Under the pieces are notes generated by a model that was not told the DNA's origin, searched no databases, and saw only the letters and a list, made by a program, of their open reading frames with translations. DNA of 64,000 nucleotides from Azolla caroliniana. Taxonomy: Eukaryota; Plantae; Polypodiophyta. The position numbers and the translations under genes were made by a program. The stretch is from contig JBHGNT010000004.1 in the NCBI GenBank assembly GCA_043228905.1, positions 16,988,001 through 17,052,000 of the forward strand, written 5' to 3'. Of this stretch, positions 1-12,151 are shown piece after piece; positions within the stretch are counted from its first letter, which is position 1; each line of letters opens with the position of its first letter.

Positions 1-1164
1 TTACACACACACAATGGCATAATGTAATTATTAGACATGATTGAGGTTAATCATGCAACATTAGCACTAGTGCACTTGACTAACACTACGACACGATAAT
101 GGGATGAAATATAAGTTTTGATAAAGATATCTCTTTCTCACAACGAAAACAGGTTCACCAATAACACCATGAGTGCAATTGCTTGTACAAGGATTAACGA
201 TAAACAAAATAAGACAAAGAATGACAGGAGGCTTGAGCTTCCAATGAAGGTGAGTCAAGTGGACTATCGAGACCGCGATTACTACCAACAACAATGACAC
301 CTTGATGTTAGAGTAGAGTTCGAAGGCCACTTTGTGCGCCCTCCAAAGACCGGTGTGCGAGCTAGTCTAACCCTTCCTCAAAGTCATTAACGTGTGGTGA
401 GTTTTGTGTTGATGAAGACCGCATTAATCTCCAAAGTAGAAGAGGAGTTACATAAGAGGAGGTAATATATATATAGCAATATACCTTAACGCAAAAATCT
501 CAAGGTCGAGCTCCAAAAATCCCAAAAAGAAGAACCCTCCAACGACGAGTGTGCGAGCTAGTCGAACCCTTCCTCGAAGTCGTTAACGCGTGGTGAGCTT
601 TGTGGTGATGAAGACCGCATTAATCTCCAAAGTAGAAGAGGAGTTACAGAAGAGGAGGTAATATATATATAACAATATACCTTAACGCAAAAATCTCAAG
701 GTCGAGGTCCAAAAATCCCAAAAAGAAGAACCCTCCAACGACGGGTGTGCGAGCTAGTCAAACCCTTCCTCGAAGTCGTTAACGTGTGGTGATGAAGACC
801 GCATTAATCTCCAAAGTAGAAGAGGAGTTACAGAAGAGGAGGTAATATATATATAACAATATAATATACCTTAACGCCAAAAATCTCAAGGTCGAGCTCC
901 AAAAATCCCAAAAAGAAGAACCCTTAAATGAGTCCTCCTCCCTTTTATAGGGAGAGAGGCACCTCATTTTGCATTAAATACATATTATCCCCACTTTGCA
1001 TAAAAAAATGAAAAATAGGGAATAAATCCTTACTTCACGGTAGTAGAGATTTGAACTCTACATCCCTTGCTTTGTCCTAATAAATATTTACATTTGTGTT
1101 TGCCTTCATTTTCCCTATTTTTCTACCTTGGGACAAGCCACATCAGTCCCACGAGGGTGCTACA
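1..1164 (-). mobile_element. Partial LTR of an LTR retrotransposon (other end outside window)
   Basis: Read on the minus strand it starts TGTAGCACCC at 1164, a typical LTR 5' terminus. A TATA box CTATAAAAGG lies at ~941-950 and there is no coding capacity. The second terminus and TSD are not visible. Confidence 0.55.
353..925. repeat. 3-copy 196-bp tandem repeat inside the putative LTR
   Basis: The unit starts GTGTGCGAGCTAGTC at 353, 549 and 745; the third copy has small indels. Confidence 0.9.
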
Positions 1165-1994
1165 TAGCCGCCCGGTATTCTTTATGCCGGCATTGCACAA
1201 TCACCATCCATGCTTGGGCAACATTGCACAGTTGCCCAACGTGTGATACCACGACATTGCACAACAATCAACCATGACTGTTATGGTGGCTTTGTAGAGC
1301 CACACACGATGCTCTGTGGTGGCGCTATAGAGCCGCTCACCATGGCTACTGTGGTAATGCAAGGCCACCTAATATTACAAAATGCCAATATCAAGATTTG
1401 AACATATAACGTTAAAACAAAAGCCTTATACTATCATACCACCTTACTTCATACAATAAATATTATAAAATTCAATGTTCATATTATTATTATTATTTAT
1501 AGTTATGTGACACTATACACAATGGATAATCGCCAAGTTTAACAATGTGTGTGTGTGTGAGTGAGTGAGTGTGTTTTGGTTATCTTAGACATACATAGAT
1601 AATCGCTAATTAACATGTTTCTGAGAACGAGGAAAAGCGTGAAGTGGTGGGAAGCGTCGGCTACAACCACGAAGCTACAAGATAAGAGAGTGGAGTTATG
1701 GGGGATGGAAGCCTCCAAAATAACATATATGTATGTATATGTACATGAATATACACACTACATAGTGATACACGGGTCGGTCGGGTGAGTTTGGGGAAGA
1801 GAGAATGGATTTTGGCCGAAACCCAAAGAGAAAGACATCGAATATGTATGTATGTATGTATGTATGTGTCTCTATGTGTATGCGTGGTGTCTAACTACTA
1901 CCAAATATTAAAGAGGGCAAGTGAGGGAATCGCGGAGAGGGACGGTGCAAGTCGCTAGATGAGGGCGCATGCGATCTGCACCGTCCAATGTGGC

Positions 1995-2192
1995 TGTGGA
2001 AAAGGCGCGAAAAAGCGCGCCAATTAAAGAGGGAGCCCGTCTCATTAAAGAAGGGCTCCACTTTGTGAAAGGGAGCCCTTGTGGAAAAGGCGCGAAAAAG
2101 CGCACCAATTAAAGAGGGAGCCTGTCTCAAAGAAAAAGGAGCCCGTCTCATTAAAGAAGGGCTCCACTTTGTGAAAGGGAGCCCTTCTCATT
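1995..2192. repeat. Left subterminal repeats of the MULE
   Basis: Repeated blocks GGAAAAGGCGCGAAAAAGCGC, AAAGAGGGAGCCCGTCTC and AAAGAAGGGCTCCACTTTGTGAAAGGGAGCCC. Confidence 0.8.
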
Positions 2193-3234
2193 AGTTTGAG
2201 GGAAGTATAAAAAGCCATTTTTTGTCATTTTTTTCTTGTTTTCAAACAAGAAGCGTGAGGTTGAGGGTTTAGGGTTTTTGAGCGCGCCGCACCACCTGCT
2301 GTTTGGCAGCACCTGTTGCAGACATCTTCCGTGAGGCACAACACCGGTTGTCCGCGAGCACCTGCAGTCTAGAGGTAGGTATCATATTCCTTCTATTAGG
2401 TTTAGGGTTTTATTAGGTATCATATTCCTTCTATTAGGTTTAGGTTTTATTCCATGTCATAAAAACCATCAACCTAATATGGATGATTGCTTGAACCTAA
2501 TATGATTTTATTCCTTCTATTGTGTCTTCAAGCAATCAACCATGGTTTTGAGTAGACATGGAATAAAAATAATACTTGTCTATGTGTATTCAAGCAATCA
2601 TCATCCATATTAGGTTTGAATGTCATTATTTGAATGCTTAAATTTGCCCATGTGATTCATGCATTATTGGGCTTTTTTATGCCCACATTTAAAGGTCAAA
2701 TCTCAAATCTTGTATACATTCTTTGCGATGGCTTGACCCCAAATAATAATAATGTAATGAATGCCTTACTAAAAAAAGTTGTGTGCTATGTAAGTCTACG
2801 TAAGTATGTTTTAAGTTGGAAGTAAAACGTTGTGTCCATTATAGTATTCTAAATGATAAATGATAAATTCTTGCTGAATGAAATTAGGATTCTCCATGAA
2901 GACCAACTATTTGTCATGAACTCATGAACTATGACTATGATTTAAATACGTATCATTATTATGGTTATCTCCCTTAATTTAGAATGTGTCCTCTATGTAT
3001 ATATATTACAAAAACTAAAATAAAAACTGCAAGTAGCATTCATGAATTTTAAATTATTGACATTAATATGTTAGAATTTGTTAAGATTTATCTATTTTTT
3101 GAAATCATTGACAATTTTTGTCCATTTCAAAATCCTTAACACTAATGTATTGTGTAGAAACAATAGGATAGACTCAAGTATTCTTGAATTTAAAGACAAA
3201 CATATGGTAATGTTTTGGCATGTGTTTTGTACAG

Positions 3235-5271
3235 ATGGCTAGTCGGTCCAAGACCTTCATAGACTTTGATGTGGATTGGGGTGAAACAATACCCTATGAA
3301 GGGAGGTATGGCATGAATCATTTCTCAACTTTATATTGTGTATAAATAGTGATGTTTGTGTGCTAACTTGAATGATGGTTTAGGGTTTTTGTAAGAAAGG
3401 GTGCTAGGTGCCCCAAATCCAACAATATGGATGCTGAAAACATCATTACTGAAGACTCGAACATGGATACGAACCCCATACATGACGTGGGGCCAGGTGT
3501 TGAAGATATCAGTGTAAATGGTGAGTTCATGTACATTCTTATAATCATTATTGAAGTAAGTATATATTGGGTTTTTCTAATGCAAATGTCACACCATTGT
3601 TGTAGTGGACCCCATGTCCCTCTTCAAGGCGGGAAGAGACTCAACAGGTATCAAATGTCGCACATGTATCGTTGGAGATTCATGTAGAAAAGAGGTACGA
3701 TGGTTTCGCAAAAAAGTTGACATGGAGGCTCACTTACAGAAGGCACATGGCATCCGTGTAGTACTGCCTCGGGGGCTAAAGATAGAAGAAGAAGAGCAAT
3801 CGACCTCCATGAGGAGTACAGCCACGTCATTCTTCAGCCACTACGAAAGACAACGATCAATAAGCGTTTTTTGGATCCGGAGCTAAAGTACAACAGGTCA
3901 CGCCAATCACACATGAGGAAGTTGAGGACAAGAGCGATTAAGATCTTCAAAGCCACTCCGAACGCACTTCAAACATCCAAGGAGGCCGATTTCATTGCCC
4001 AATTCGTCAGCCAACAGATGGCCAGGTATGACAAGGGAAAGGAGCATAGGATGGCAAAATTGAAGTTGAAGATTGTGGCTGTGTCTGAAGCTTATGTAAG
4101 TAAGGTTTATGATTATGTGTGCATCTTATGTGAGTCTAAATCTAGTGTGTGAATGATTATGTGTGAATCTTATGTATGAATTTTAGTGTAAGAATCATGG
4201 AATTCCCATGCCAGAAGATGAGACACATGTCGAGATCGATGGTGGTCAAGACCAACTGTCAGAATCGACAACCCAACAACCAAGGAGGCCTAAAATCCAA
4301 ATCCGCAAGAAAACAGTGGACCCCAGTAAGTTGTCGTTCATTACATCATCTGACACATATGAGGGTGCGGACATTGGGATTGTCTTTATTGGTCCTGGGA
4401 CAATCACAAAAACATGGGATAACACAACAAGAAAAAAGTTCACTAGGTATGCCGTTATGGTGGGGGCATGAGATCAATAGTTAACTTCATGTTTTTTTTG
4501 TAGTTACTAATCTGGCCTAATAAACAGGTTTCAGGTGGCTTGTCGACGATTAGATCTAGCGGTCTTTTTGACGGAGGTAGAACTATGTTCGTTGGGCACT
4601 GTAGGGGAGATGGCATCCACATGGATGATGACCCTCTTCCACTTATGGATGGAGTACTCGTTGCCCCCCGAGATCAACAAGCGGTTTCATATTGTGGATC
4701 CACTATGGGTACAACTAGAAGGCCAAAGTGATAAGGATGAAGACATACTCACTCAGGTCCCTAAACGGGAATATGTCTTCATTCCGATATTGCACTCAGG
4801 GCATTGGGTGCTTTGGTTGAAGATGCGACAGAATCCTATAGGTCTCAATGCCAAGGTGAGGAGCCATATTATTTTTTGCGATCCACTAAATCATCATCTG
4901 ACTACCGGCATGAAGACATTGGGTGATTTGGTTGTACGACATATCTCTAGCGCCACACACGACCATTGCATCATCAACAACGAGCGGTTCCAGGTATTGC
5001 ATATCCCAACCCAACCTAATGGGACGGATTGTGGGTATTACGTGATGCAAACCATTCGAATGTTGGTCGAGGAGTTCATTCAATGATTTGAGTCTGATCA
5101 ATTTGTAAGTATTTATGAGAATTGAATTTATGAGAATTGAATTTGGGCTTAGGTTGATGGCATCTTGTGGTGTAGGGTAAGGAGCAATGGTTTGGATTCG
5201 AAGATGTGCAGCTCCTTCGGAAAATCATGGCAAAATGGACACGAAGGACTCTGGGCATAGGGTTATTTTAA
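3235..5271 (+). pseudogene. MULE-borne Ulp1/peptidase C48 (SUMO protease-like) gene with a C2H2-like zinc finger, disrupted
   Basis: Exons with matching phases: 3235-3305, ~3384/3408-3520, 3606-4095, 4187-4467, 4528-~5104, ~5177-5271. C48 motifs are FIPILHSGHW, FCDPL and QPNGTDCGYYV (H, D, Q, C present); the zinc-finger-like segment is CRTC...F...HLQKAH. Lesions: frameshift in the G-run at ~3771-3775, donor GT>AT at 4468, TGA at 5084-5086. Confidence 0.8.
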
Positions 5272-5344
5272 TCACTAGCATGTTGTACTTTGTAACATCA
5301 AACATATGATCTCAATTTACTATCTCATGTGGATTGTCAACTTT

Positions 5345-5700
5345 TTTGTAATATCTGGTAAATAGTTGAATCTCATTTTGGTTGTATATGACTCAATTTG
5401 ATGTACATTCTGGTTGTGAGTCTTATTGTGTGAATCCCATTTTGGTTGTAGATGTCTTTGTTGATGTACATTCTGGTTGTGAGTCTTATTATTTGAATCT
5501 CATTTTGGTTGTATATGACTCAATTTGATGTACATTCTCATTTTTGTAATATCAAATCAATATTTGAATCTCATTTTGGTTGTATATGACTCAATGTGGA
5601 CTCTATCTGAAAATCATTTTGTAATATCTGGTAAATAGTTGAATCTCATTATGAATCTCATTTTGAATCTCATTTTGGTTGTATATTTGGTTGTATGTTT
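5345..5700. repeat. Degenerate tandem repeats between the two MULE genes
   Basis: The motif GAATCTCATTTTGGTTGTATATGACTCAAT recurs, with variants. Confidence 0.7.
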
Positions 5701-5926
5701 TGGGTGTCAAAAGAATAAAACTAATAGCTTATTGACAAGTAGTCACGGCAATGGTTTTTGAGAAAGGCCAAGAAAGAGTAAGTATATAGAAAGAGTGTTG
5801 TAATCAAAGAACGTTGTTATAGAAAGAGTAAGTATATAGAAAGAGTGCTTCGGTCCTTGTTGTAAACAATACGAAAGACATAACAAGACTCAATGTCAAT
5901 CTTATTCAAAGACATAACAAGACTCA

Positions 5927-7552
5927 ATGTCAATCTTCTTCAAACCAATGGCAATCGACTCGACATTTAAAACAAACCAATTCGGGCTACCATTATATGC
6001 AGCAGTTGCCCCCAACGCCATGGGAATTGGGATCCCATTATGGTACATGCTTTGTAGTTCTAATAAGGGGTCAAACCATGAGCAAGTGGCATTAGAAACT
6101 TGTTTGAGAGTCATATTCGCAAGGATGCCCATGGTGAGGCCAAATGCGATAGTGATCGATAAATGTTGGATATCATATAATGCCATAACTAATGTGGTTG
6201 CAACAGACCGTCAATCTTGGATTGTTGTAAATGGGCAACGGTCCCAAGCACATTGTCGACTTTTGTTGTGTCAGTTTCACGCCAAAAAGTCATGGGTGGA
6301 CAACTTGTTGCCAAAAGTAAGTGCAAATGAGAGAATCCATCTTTATCAACGAATGTGCCAACTGATGCAATGCATTACTGAATCATCATTCAATGCAATG
6401 TGTGAGGAGTTAAAGTTAGAATATGCGGACAAGCCCGGTGTTTGGCAATATATAGAAGGAGGATGGTGTGGTTTGACATGTGTGTGGAGGAAACTCTGGC
6501 CCAAGTTTGGTAGAATGTTCAACTATGGACACATTGACACTACCAATATTGTGGAAAGACATTGCCAGTTTATCAAGTATACTGCCTTGAGGGGAAGAAT
6601 AAACCGATCAATTACCGACCTTTTGCTTGTCTTAATCGGGGACAGTGAAACTGGCATTTGCATAGGAGGAACGGTAATAGAGTGGTACAAGCAACGACAA
6701 GAAATATGTGAGAGTGGTCGGTTTGCACCCCGTGCGAATTGTAGGGATCAAAGGTCCCGACTTAAAGAAGCGGAGAGAATATTGGAAAGGTATGTCGACA
6801 ATACTTCCACAATTGAAATTGTCGACGAGGCCCGATATTGGTTTAGAATCTTGAGCATGACGACTCCCACTCTATGGTATAATGTCTCACTCCAATGCTC
6901 ATATTGTGATTGCCAAGACATTGTGAGTAAATGTAAGCATTTACTAGGTATCCGAATGATTATTGAGAGGCATATGCCACATTTATGTGGCTCATTACCT
7001 TTTATAGATCACGCGACCCAAATGCGAATGGACCATAATACAGAAATAGAAGTGGAGGCAGAGGTAGAGCAAGTAGAGGAGACAAACCCCACAATATCCG
7101 AGATTGAATCATTCAAGTCCAAAATACAAATGGTCGTGAAAGCACTTCAATGTCTCGAGCAAGGGTTAGGAACCTTCGACCGTGCAACTATTGTCGAAGG
7201 TATACAAACATTGGAAGATGTGGCTGAGAAGGTGTATCGCATTGGTGCACCAAAATCAACCAATGAAGAAGATGGTAGATCAATAAGTCGCAACCAACAA
7301 ATCGGTGCCAAAAGAAGTGCAACAATAGACATCTCGCAAGAACTTATTGGCAGCTCCCCAAACACTTCCAAATCCCACTCCGGAAAACTACAAAGAGGTG
7401 CTAGTCGGGCTAGGAGGAGATTGCCATTGGTTGACCATGAGAAGGTTCGGTGTTTGCGTTGTGATGGCTTGACCTTGACTTCAAGGGACTCAAATGTTAC
7501 ATGCTGTAAAAATTGTGGTTGCATCTTGCAATCATCCCGACATGAGCCATAA
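5927..7552 (+). CDS. MULE (MuDR-family) DDE transposase with SWIM zinc finger, N-terminus apparently missing
   Basis: 541-aa ORF with AIDSTFKTNQFGLPL (D1), IVIDKC (D2), LLCQFH (CxxH), DTTNIVER (E), SWIM CDC..CKH and a C-terminal CxxC..CxxC ribbon. Confidence 0.9.
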   Translation: MSIFFKPMAIDSTFKTNQFGLPLYAAVAPNAMGIGIPLWYMLCSSNKGSNHEQVALETCLRVIFARMPMVRPNAIVIDKCWISYNAITNVVATDRQSWIVVNGQRSQAHCRLLLCQFHAKKSWVDNLLPKVSANERIHLYQRMCQLMQCITESSFNAMCEELKLEYADKPGVWQYIEGGWCGLTCVWRKLWPKFGRMFNYGHIDTTNIVERHCQFIKYTALRGRINRSITDLLLVLIGDSETGICIGGTVIEWYKQRQEICESGRFAPRANCRDQRSRLKEAERILERYVDNTSTIEIVDEARYWFRILSMTTPTLWYNVSLQCSYCDCQDIVSKCKHLLGIRMIIERHMPHLCGSLPFIDHATQMRMDHNTEIEVEAEVEQVEETNPTISEIESFKSKIQMVVKALQCLEQGLGTFDRATIVEGIQTLEDVAEKVYRIGAPKSTNEEDGRSISRNQQIGAKRSATIDISQELIGSSPNTSKSHSGKLQRGASRARRRLPLVDHEKVRCLRCDGLTLTSRDSNVTCCKNCGCILQSSRHEP

Positions 7553-7734
7553 TCTTAATATGTAACGTGTATATTCATATTTCATTTTAGGGTTGTCAAC
7601 ATTTGACATTTTAATATTTTATGTAAGACATGTTATTTGAATCTTTAGGTTTTGTTGAGAAATTTTATGATCAGTTTCATGGCAAATATTTGTTGTACAC
7701 TTACAATTTTGTGGAGTTTTTTATGTTTGTTGCT

Positions 7735-8065
7735 ATAGAGTCGGGCTCCTTTTGACAGAGTCGGGCTCCTTCTTACTGATGTGGTCTAACAGTGGGGCTC
7801 CTTCTGACAGAGTCGGGCTCCCTCTTGTAGAGGATGTTTGACAGCGGGGCTCCTTTTGACAGAGTCGGGCTCCCTTTCGCAGAGTCGGGCTCCTTTTGAC
7901 AGAGTCGGGCTCCTTCTTACTGATGTGGTCTAACAGCGGGGCTCCTTCTGACAGAGTTGGGCTCCCTCTTGTAGAGGTTGTCTGACAACGGGGCTCCTTT
8001 TGACAGAGTCGGGCTCCCTTTCGCAGAGTCGGGCTCCTTTTCACAGAGTCGGGCTCCTTGTGACA
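7735..8065. repeat. Right subterminal ~20-bp tandem array of the MULE
   Basis: Many copies of (GA)CAGAGTCGGGCTCCTT(TT), with a higher-order duplicated block. Confidence 0.9.
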
Positions 8066-8198
8066 GACGTTGTCAGCTTTTTATCCATCTTGGACGGTGG
8101 AGATCGAACGCGCCAACAACGGTGCGACCTGCACCGTCCCTCTCCGCGATTCCCTCACTCGCCCTCTTTAATATTTGGTAGCAGTTAGTCACGAGCGT

Positions 8199-8268
8199 TA
8201 TGTATGTATGTATGTATGTATGTATGTATGTATGTATGTATGTATGTATGTATGTATGAGTATGTATG

Positions 8269-8297
<29 letters not shown>
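8199..8297. repeat. (TATG)n microsatellite flanking the MULE (shorter counterpart at ~1843-1867)
   Basis: Direct reading. Confidence 0.95.
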
Positions 8298-8300
<3 letters not shown>

Positions 8301-9275
8301 GGGAGGGTAATTCAATCAATTCATTTTGTAGATTACGTAGATATTACGAGGGGTTGTATTCTTGAGATTTTCTGTTTCTGTTCTTCCACGCGCCATCGCC
8401 ATCGCCATCTCCGTTTATCCATCCATCAGACATTGGATGTTTGAAGATTAAGACGAAGAATGGAGATAGAGGTATGCTCCTCCCTCCCCCTTCAATGACT
8501 GACAAATGAATGAGAAATGAGAGGGAGTGCCAATCTGGCCGTCTCACAATCAGTGGATTTTCGAGATCCGTCACGCCATTAGTTATGTGGCATCATGTAG
8601 TTTAGGAGCTGTGATTTACAGTACAGCGAATATGTATGTGAAAGGAACGATTTGAATCCACAACCTTAAACCTTGAACCACTAGGGTAATAAACTCATGC
8701 TATTGAATAAAGATTCAATGAAAAGAAAGAAAAAGATAGAGAAAGAGTCAAGAGTCTTGCTTGCCGTTATACATTTGATCTTTGCAAAATCTTTCTATGC
8801 AACTGCTTTATGTTTTTGTGCATTGCTTAATACATTGCATGAGAGATGAAATTATATGAAACGGAGTGATATATTAACTTCTTGGGAAAGGCCAACATGA
8901 CATATGAGATCAAAGAAAAGATTGTATCATCACTCTGATACCTTGTCTGAATAACAAAGGAGGACAAAAAGAAAAAAACGAAACTCTTTGCACACCACTT
9001 AGGTAAGCTGTGATCCATGGTGAATCTTGCAGTGGCTGTGTGACTTCTCAATATTTTTGTGATCATTTGTATTGTATTATACAAAACCTTTGTGGAGAGA
9101 GAGAGTCTTCTTGTATTGTATTTCAAGTTGTTAGCATTAAATATTATGAATCCTTCCTTGCAGTGACAAATAAAAGAGTACTTACGCCTCTCTCTATCCA
9201 ATCAACAAGAAGGGGAAGGGCTAAGGTACAGAACAAAATCAAAACTGAAAGCATTAGACCAAGAAAATCACAACA

Positions 9276-9854
9276 ATGGTTATAACTACTACCCAAGGGA
9301 ATCCTAGCGATAAGTATTCAACCATGGCAGCAACATCACAATACTCTTCTTCCAGTGGTATCCCCACCTCAACGATTCAAGCAGTAGTTGCACATGCCGC
9401 GGAGAGAACAAAAGAAGTGTTGTGTCGACGGCGTCCATGGACGGAACTCGTAGACAAAAATGCATTCGAAAGACCAACCTCGTTTCCCGATGCATTATCA
9501 CGCCTTAAAACCAACACATCCTATTTCCGAGTCAACTACATCTTCTTTTTCGTCGTGATTGGTCTTTGCCTTCTATGGCACCCTATATCCCTTCTCGTTC
9601 TTGCGATATTATTGGTCGCTTGGATATACCTCTACTTTGCACGGTCTGAACCTCTCTTGTTGTTCGGGAGGACTCTTTCGGAGAATTATGTAGTTACATT
9701 CTTAGGAATCATGACTATTATAGGTCTTTTTCTGACAGATGCAGGTTCCACCCTCATCTTAGGGCTTGTTTTCGGCATAGTTGTCATGTGTCTTCATGCG
9801 TCCCTTCGTCGCACCGATGATCTTTTCCTTGATGAGCATGTGAGTGCAATATGA
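9276..9854 (+). CDS. PRA1: PRA1 family protein (prenylated Rab acceptor 1), intronless; start may be the ATG at 9324
   Basis: RRRPWTELVD..AFERPTS..DALSRLKTN.SYFRVNY, LLWHPISL, two long hydrophobic hairpins and the LHASLRRTDDLFLDE C-terminal motif. Confidence 0.93.
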   Translation: MVITTTQGNPSDKYSTMAATSQYSSSSGIPTSTIQAVVAHAAERTKEVLCRRRPWTELVDKNAFERPTSFPDALSRLKTNTSYFRVNYIFFFVVIGLCLLWHPISLLVLAILLVAWIYLYFARSEPLLLFGRTLSENYVVTFLGIMTIIGLFLTDAGSTLILGLVFGIVVMCLHASLRRTDDLFLDEHVSAI

Positions 9855-12098
9855 GGACCTCAAGTTTTTGGTAAAAATCGAGATCTATAACATCCTCAGC
9901 GATTCATTTGATTTATTATGTTGTGTACTTTCTGGTTTTCACTGGAATTCTGAAAATGGAAAATTACTCTATATGGAGGTGTTTGTTGCTCCTTTTTTAC
10001 GCCGACTACAACCTAGCTAATGCTGGTTTTTGGACACCCTCAATATTGCATTGCATATTATTTGTAGAGATTGATCTTATATGCAATCGTTGCTGTGTAG
10101 ATAATTTCGTGGTTACATGTATGTGCGTATCTTTTTGTTGAATGTAAATGAAATGCTTGTTTGTTGGGTAATCATACGTATGTATCTTTGTTTCAATTTC
10201 GACTTATTATAAATTAAAACTCAAGTAAAAGTAGTTGATATGCAAAAAGGAAATTTGTTTACTTTCTTATCAATTAAACTTGGCATGCCAAGTTCAGCCA
10301 AGAGAATTCTCGTATGTCTGTCTTGTTCAATGATCACAAGTTCCTACGACTTGATGAATTTATATTTATAATACGTGGTATAGTCCATCAAACTTGAATG
10401 CCTTACCATTTCTCACTAAGGAACTTAAAATTAGTTTAATGACATGATGTAACCTAGACAGGGTGCATGAGTCATGAAAATAGAACAAAAGTGAAGACAT
10501 CTTTGATTTGTTTGCAAAATACATTGCTTTATTGATGCGTATGGGCAAATGGAAAAAATAATGCAGGTCAACACTTTATTCTTCTCGTTTATTCCTACGC
10601 GCTTAAGCTATCGTGTATGGTGCTAACACGTATTCATGAACACTTAAAGAAAAAGTTTTGCATCCTCTTTAAAGATGGGATCTGTATTTTTCCTGTGTAC
10701 GGTGTGATATTTAGGCTATAAATGCAAGCAAACTGTCATTTCATGTTAGACATTAATATCATGTAAGATTAACAACAACAGTATATAGTATTTCTACTTG
10801 TTAATATGCATTAAAGAACCTAGATACGAGAGAGACTTTAAATAAAGAAATGAATTCGAGTTATTCTATTGAACTTTTGCCATCACATTTCATCGTCATC
10901 GTTTGTTTTGTTATTGTTGTCATTGGCTACATAGTTGTCAGTAATTCAAACAAGAGATGGGATGGGGGCTAGAAAATGTGAAACTCATTGAACATGTAAC
11001 TTGAATTGACATATCAAATTAAAAGAAGCGTGCTTGCGTGGATAAATCAAGCAAAATCTTTCAAGTTATATGCACAAACGTATGCGTCAAATCGTTCCTA
11101 GCATAAGGTCAATTTAATTGATGTCATTTTTTGCAAAATTGCATTCAAGATGTCGTATATGATGTAGTCTTTTGAAGAATTCGTGTTGTTGGGTAATAGA
11201 ATATACAAAGTCAATTCAATAATTGGCACATTCTCCAATTGAGTAGCTTTTCCACATGTGAGGAAGAGAAAGAAAAAGTGGAAAGCTTCTAAATCACACT
11301 TAGAAGCTTAGGTCGGAAATGACGAAAGAAGATAAGCCATCGAAAAGATAAATCTACAAATGTTAAGGGACAAATTCTTTTATGATGGTTCTGGATGACT
11401 AGCTAATATGGATAACACAAATTCAAACACGAATGTGTTGGAATCTCTGGGTTTGGGAAGCGAATTGTGTGTCATATTGGTCAAGTTTGTCAAGTAAGGG
11501 AAGATTACATGAGATTCATAATAATAACTTAAAATAAAACACACACGCTCCTTGTACATCGTATTTGTGTTGACATAGCTATTAAGGAACCGATTGTCTT
11601 TTGGTAACAAGCCAAATTGTGTTCCTTTGCATGCAAGCAATAACATCGAAATTTCAATGCAAGGAAAGTAGCTAGCATGGGAACAATAAACGTACGTGTA
11701 AATCGTAGCGTTGATGAAGAAGATTCATCTCATTGTACAAATCTATATATAAGTCCATATCGAGGAGTGAAAAGGAGAGAGTTAAAACAAATGGAGTCCG
11801 TCCGTCCGTCCATCGAGGAGTGTGGAGTAATAAGAGCCACATCTTTTCCCGGGGGGACGCTCAATAATTATGGAAGAGCAAGTGAGAGAGAGAGAGAGAG
11901 GGCATCTTCTTAGACTCACTCCGACTCCTCATCTTCTTATTTTTGTTTTCTTTTTTGGAGATGATGGCGATCTAGTCAGCCCCAAAAAATGAACAATGAG
12001 AAACCGCCCAACCAATTACCACACACCTCCTTCTTCTTCTTCTTTTTGTGTCCCCAAAAATGAACAAAGGAAAATGGGAAAATGTTTTGGATGTGACG

Positions 12099-12151
12099 AC
12101 GTGGAATCCCCATCCCATCCAATAGCCAGCCCCCCCATGAGCTGACGTGTC
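12099..12151 (+). promoter_or_regulatory. Two ABRE/G-box-like ACGT elements upstream of the lipase
   Basis: ACGTGG at 12099-12104 and ACGTGTC at 12145-12151, about 400-460 bp upstream of ATG 12557. Motif match only. Confidence 0.35.

Larger units (their letters stand above)
1882..8198 (+). mobile_element. Mutator-like (MULE/MuDR) DNA transposon with TIRs, encoding a Ulp1 protease gene and a transposase
   Basis: The TIR cores 1891-1955 and 8124-8188 match 62/65 as inverted repeats, with weaker similarity out to ~100 bp. GGAGCCC-core subterminal repeats occur at both ends. (TATG)n flanks both sides and a MULE transposase ORF lies inside. Confidence 0.9.

Noticed and set aside
2265-2450. TTTAGGG motifs as interstitial telomere
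   Set aside because: They are isolated telo-box motifs in a 5'UTR/promoter context, not tandem arrays.
7733-8444. Repetitive ORFs (KRSPTLRKGARL.., YIHT/MYVC repeats)
   Set aside because: These are translations of subterminal repeats and the TATG microsatellite.
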